Assembly (NCBI GenBank): GCA_035221665.1
Contig: CM069143.1
Span: 51,150,001 to 51,214,000, forward strand
Direction of reading: 5' to 3'
From: Okamejei kenojei
Lineage: Eukaryota
DNA: 64,000 bases
The notes beneath the pieces are model-generated. The model did not search any database and was not told where the DNA came from. It saw only the letters and a program-made list of their open reading frames with translations. The position numbers and the translations under genes are program-made. Position 1 is the first letter of the stretch. Every line of letters starts with the position of its first letter. This document shows positions 62,513-64,000 of the stretch, piece by piece.

Positions 62513-64000
62513 AGTAAGATTAAACAAGAACTCACCAGTTTGAAGTTTGATCTTTATTTTATGAGGAGTTGTGATGAGGGATTTCGTGAAGACCCCACCA
62601 GGCACTCATGCGCGACATTCTTCAAAGCAGCGGTGTGGAATCACAGATAACAACAATGACTGAAGATAGTAAGATTAAAGAACTCGAATATACCAGTTGG
62701 CCTTATGAGGGTTGGGAGCGGAGGGCACGAAATCCCTCATCGCAACTCCTCATAAAATAAAGATCAAACTTCAAACTGGTAAGTTCTTGTTTAATCTTAC
62801 TATTTTACTTCAAAGTCACGTGAGTGACTTTGTGAAGATTTCAAAGCTCTGTGATTACATGCCCTGGATCACGTCCATGCTCACACACTGCCGTAATACT
62901 GATGGAGGAAGTATGTTAACGTATTTCAGACTTGAACAAGCTGAAAAATAATAACATTTGTTAATACAACAATAAACCCCTGAACTCGGGGACAAACGTT
63001 TAGGGAACAGCACTAAAAATTAAATCTGCCAACGTTGTGGGAGCGGCCACAGGTCTGTTATAAAACCACTGAAATGTAGTTTCACTGGCCCAGCCCGCTA
63101 TTGCGAGGACATAATCCATGAACACCTCCATGTTCCTCGCCGCTGATGTGGATGCAGCCCTGGTAGAATGACATTTTAAAAATGTTAGTGTCTTACCTGC
63201 TGCACCAAATACCACCTTGAGCCATCTCCTGATGCCCATTTTCAGACCTGTAGTCGCAGGTCTGTGTAGTTTAAGCAACTCTTCAATAACGCAGTCACTT
63301 TATTATGGGTCGAAACCATTCTATCCAGGTAATTCCTGTAGAGTTTGGACCCGTTGTGCTGTCTTCAGTGCCATTACCATCACCACTTTGAAGGTGAATA
63401 AGTCCAGTGGTAAATCCGCCAAAGGCGACCAGCTCCTGAGTAGGGTCAACACCACCCCTATATCTCTGGTAATATATCGTGGTCGGGGAGGGATAGAACA
63501 TACCCTTCAGTGTGGATACCAGCTGGTGAGATCCCACTCCAATGTTGAGATAGGATGACAGTGCACTCCTGGCACTGTATATGGCACTGTAAGTGAGGGA
63601 CTCATCATAATGCAGGCCCGTGAGGATTCCAGCGCATTGGAGATCATAGGATATGCCTAGGGACTAAGTAATCACATATCTCAAGCGGGAGAGCGGGGAG
63701 ATTTTTCTGTGAAAATGCCCTTTCAGCGGGCGATCTCCCGCCGAAAGGGGGAGAGTTGGTAGTCACTGCCTTTGCTCCACTGTGTCCCTTTTGGCTTAAC
63801 GGAAGGTGTGACCACCTCAGTTGTAGTCGTCTTGCATACCCTGCTCCCTCGTGTGATGCTTCTACCATCTCCATGGTCAAATGCCGTGGTGGAGAGACGG
63901 GTCCTTGGCTGCGCAGGGCTCCTCGATTTCCGCGTTCTTATCCCGGTCCGCAGAGCGGGTGCTGATGTAATGCGGGATTTAGCTAATCCGGGAATGGTGG
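62513..64000 (-). mobile_element. Second DIRS element (3' terminus, ICR, recombinase), internally broken at ~63675
   Basis: Terminus and ICR homologous to 37717-38050; ORF 63000-63278 has CHSTRAASTS...AGWASETTFQWFY. Assignment of 63769-64000 to the DIRS is tentative. Confidence 0.85.
63676..63768. mobile_element. Single arm of the 12094-12297 palindromic MITE family
   Basis: atatctcaagcgggagagcgg..gagatttt..gaaaatgccctttcagcgggcgatctcccgccgaaag..ggagagttgg..agtcactg matches the right arm. Confidence 0.88.

Overview
Vertebrate genomic DNA, most likely a cartilaginous fish (skate/ray-like, inferred from HE1-type V-SINEs and CR1/HER1-type LINEs). It has one 157-bp assembly gap. Only one host coding gene is supported: a single-exon-CDS P2Y nucleotide receptor, most like P2RY4, at 20155-21309 (+). 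Almost all other ORFs in the track are transposon fragments or chance ORFs. The rest is a dense transposon landscape: many CR1 LINEs, Rex1/Babar fragments, Penelope-like elements (PLEs) and their short TSD-flanked derivatives with a hammerhead-ribozyme core, two DIRS tyrosine-recombinase retrotransposons, four PIF/Harbinger MITEs, a P-like MITE, a near-perfect 204-bp palindrome, a decayed Gypsy pol fragment and a diverged ~3-kb tandem duplication. The most notable observations are: (i) a ~140-bp SINE-like family made almost entirely of a minimal HDV-like ribozyme fold plus a Vingi/Ingi-like (GAA)n tail, in two TSD-flanked copies; (ii) a U2 snRNA 5' fragment inside a complete DIRS element; (iii) two exact ~120-bp dispersed duplications. 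All calls were made by eye, with no database searches, and boundaries of decayed repeats are approximate.
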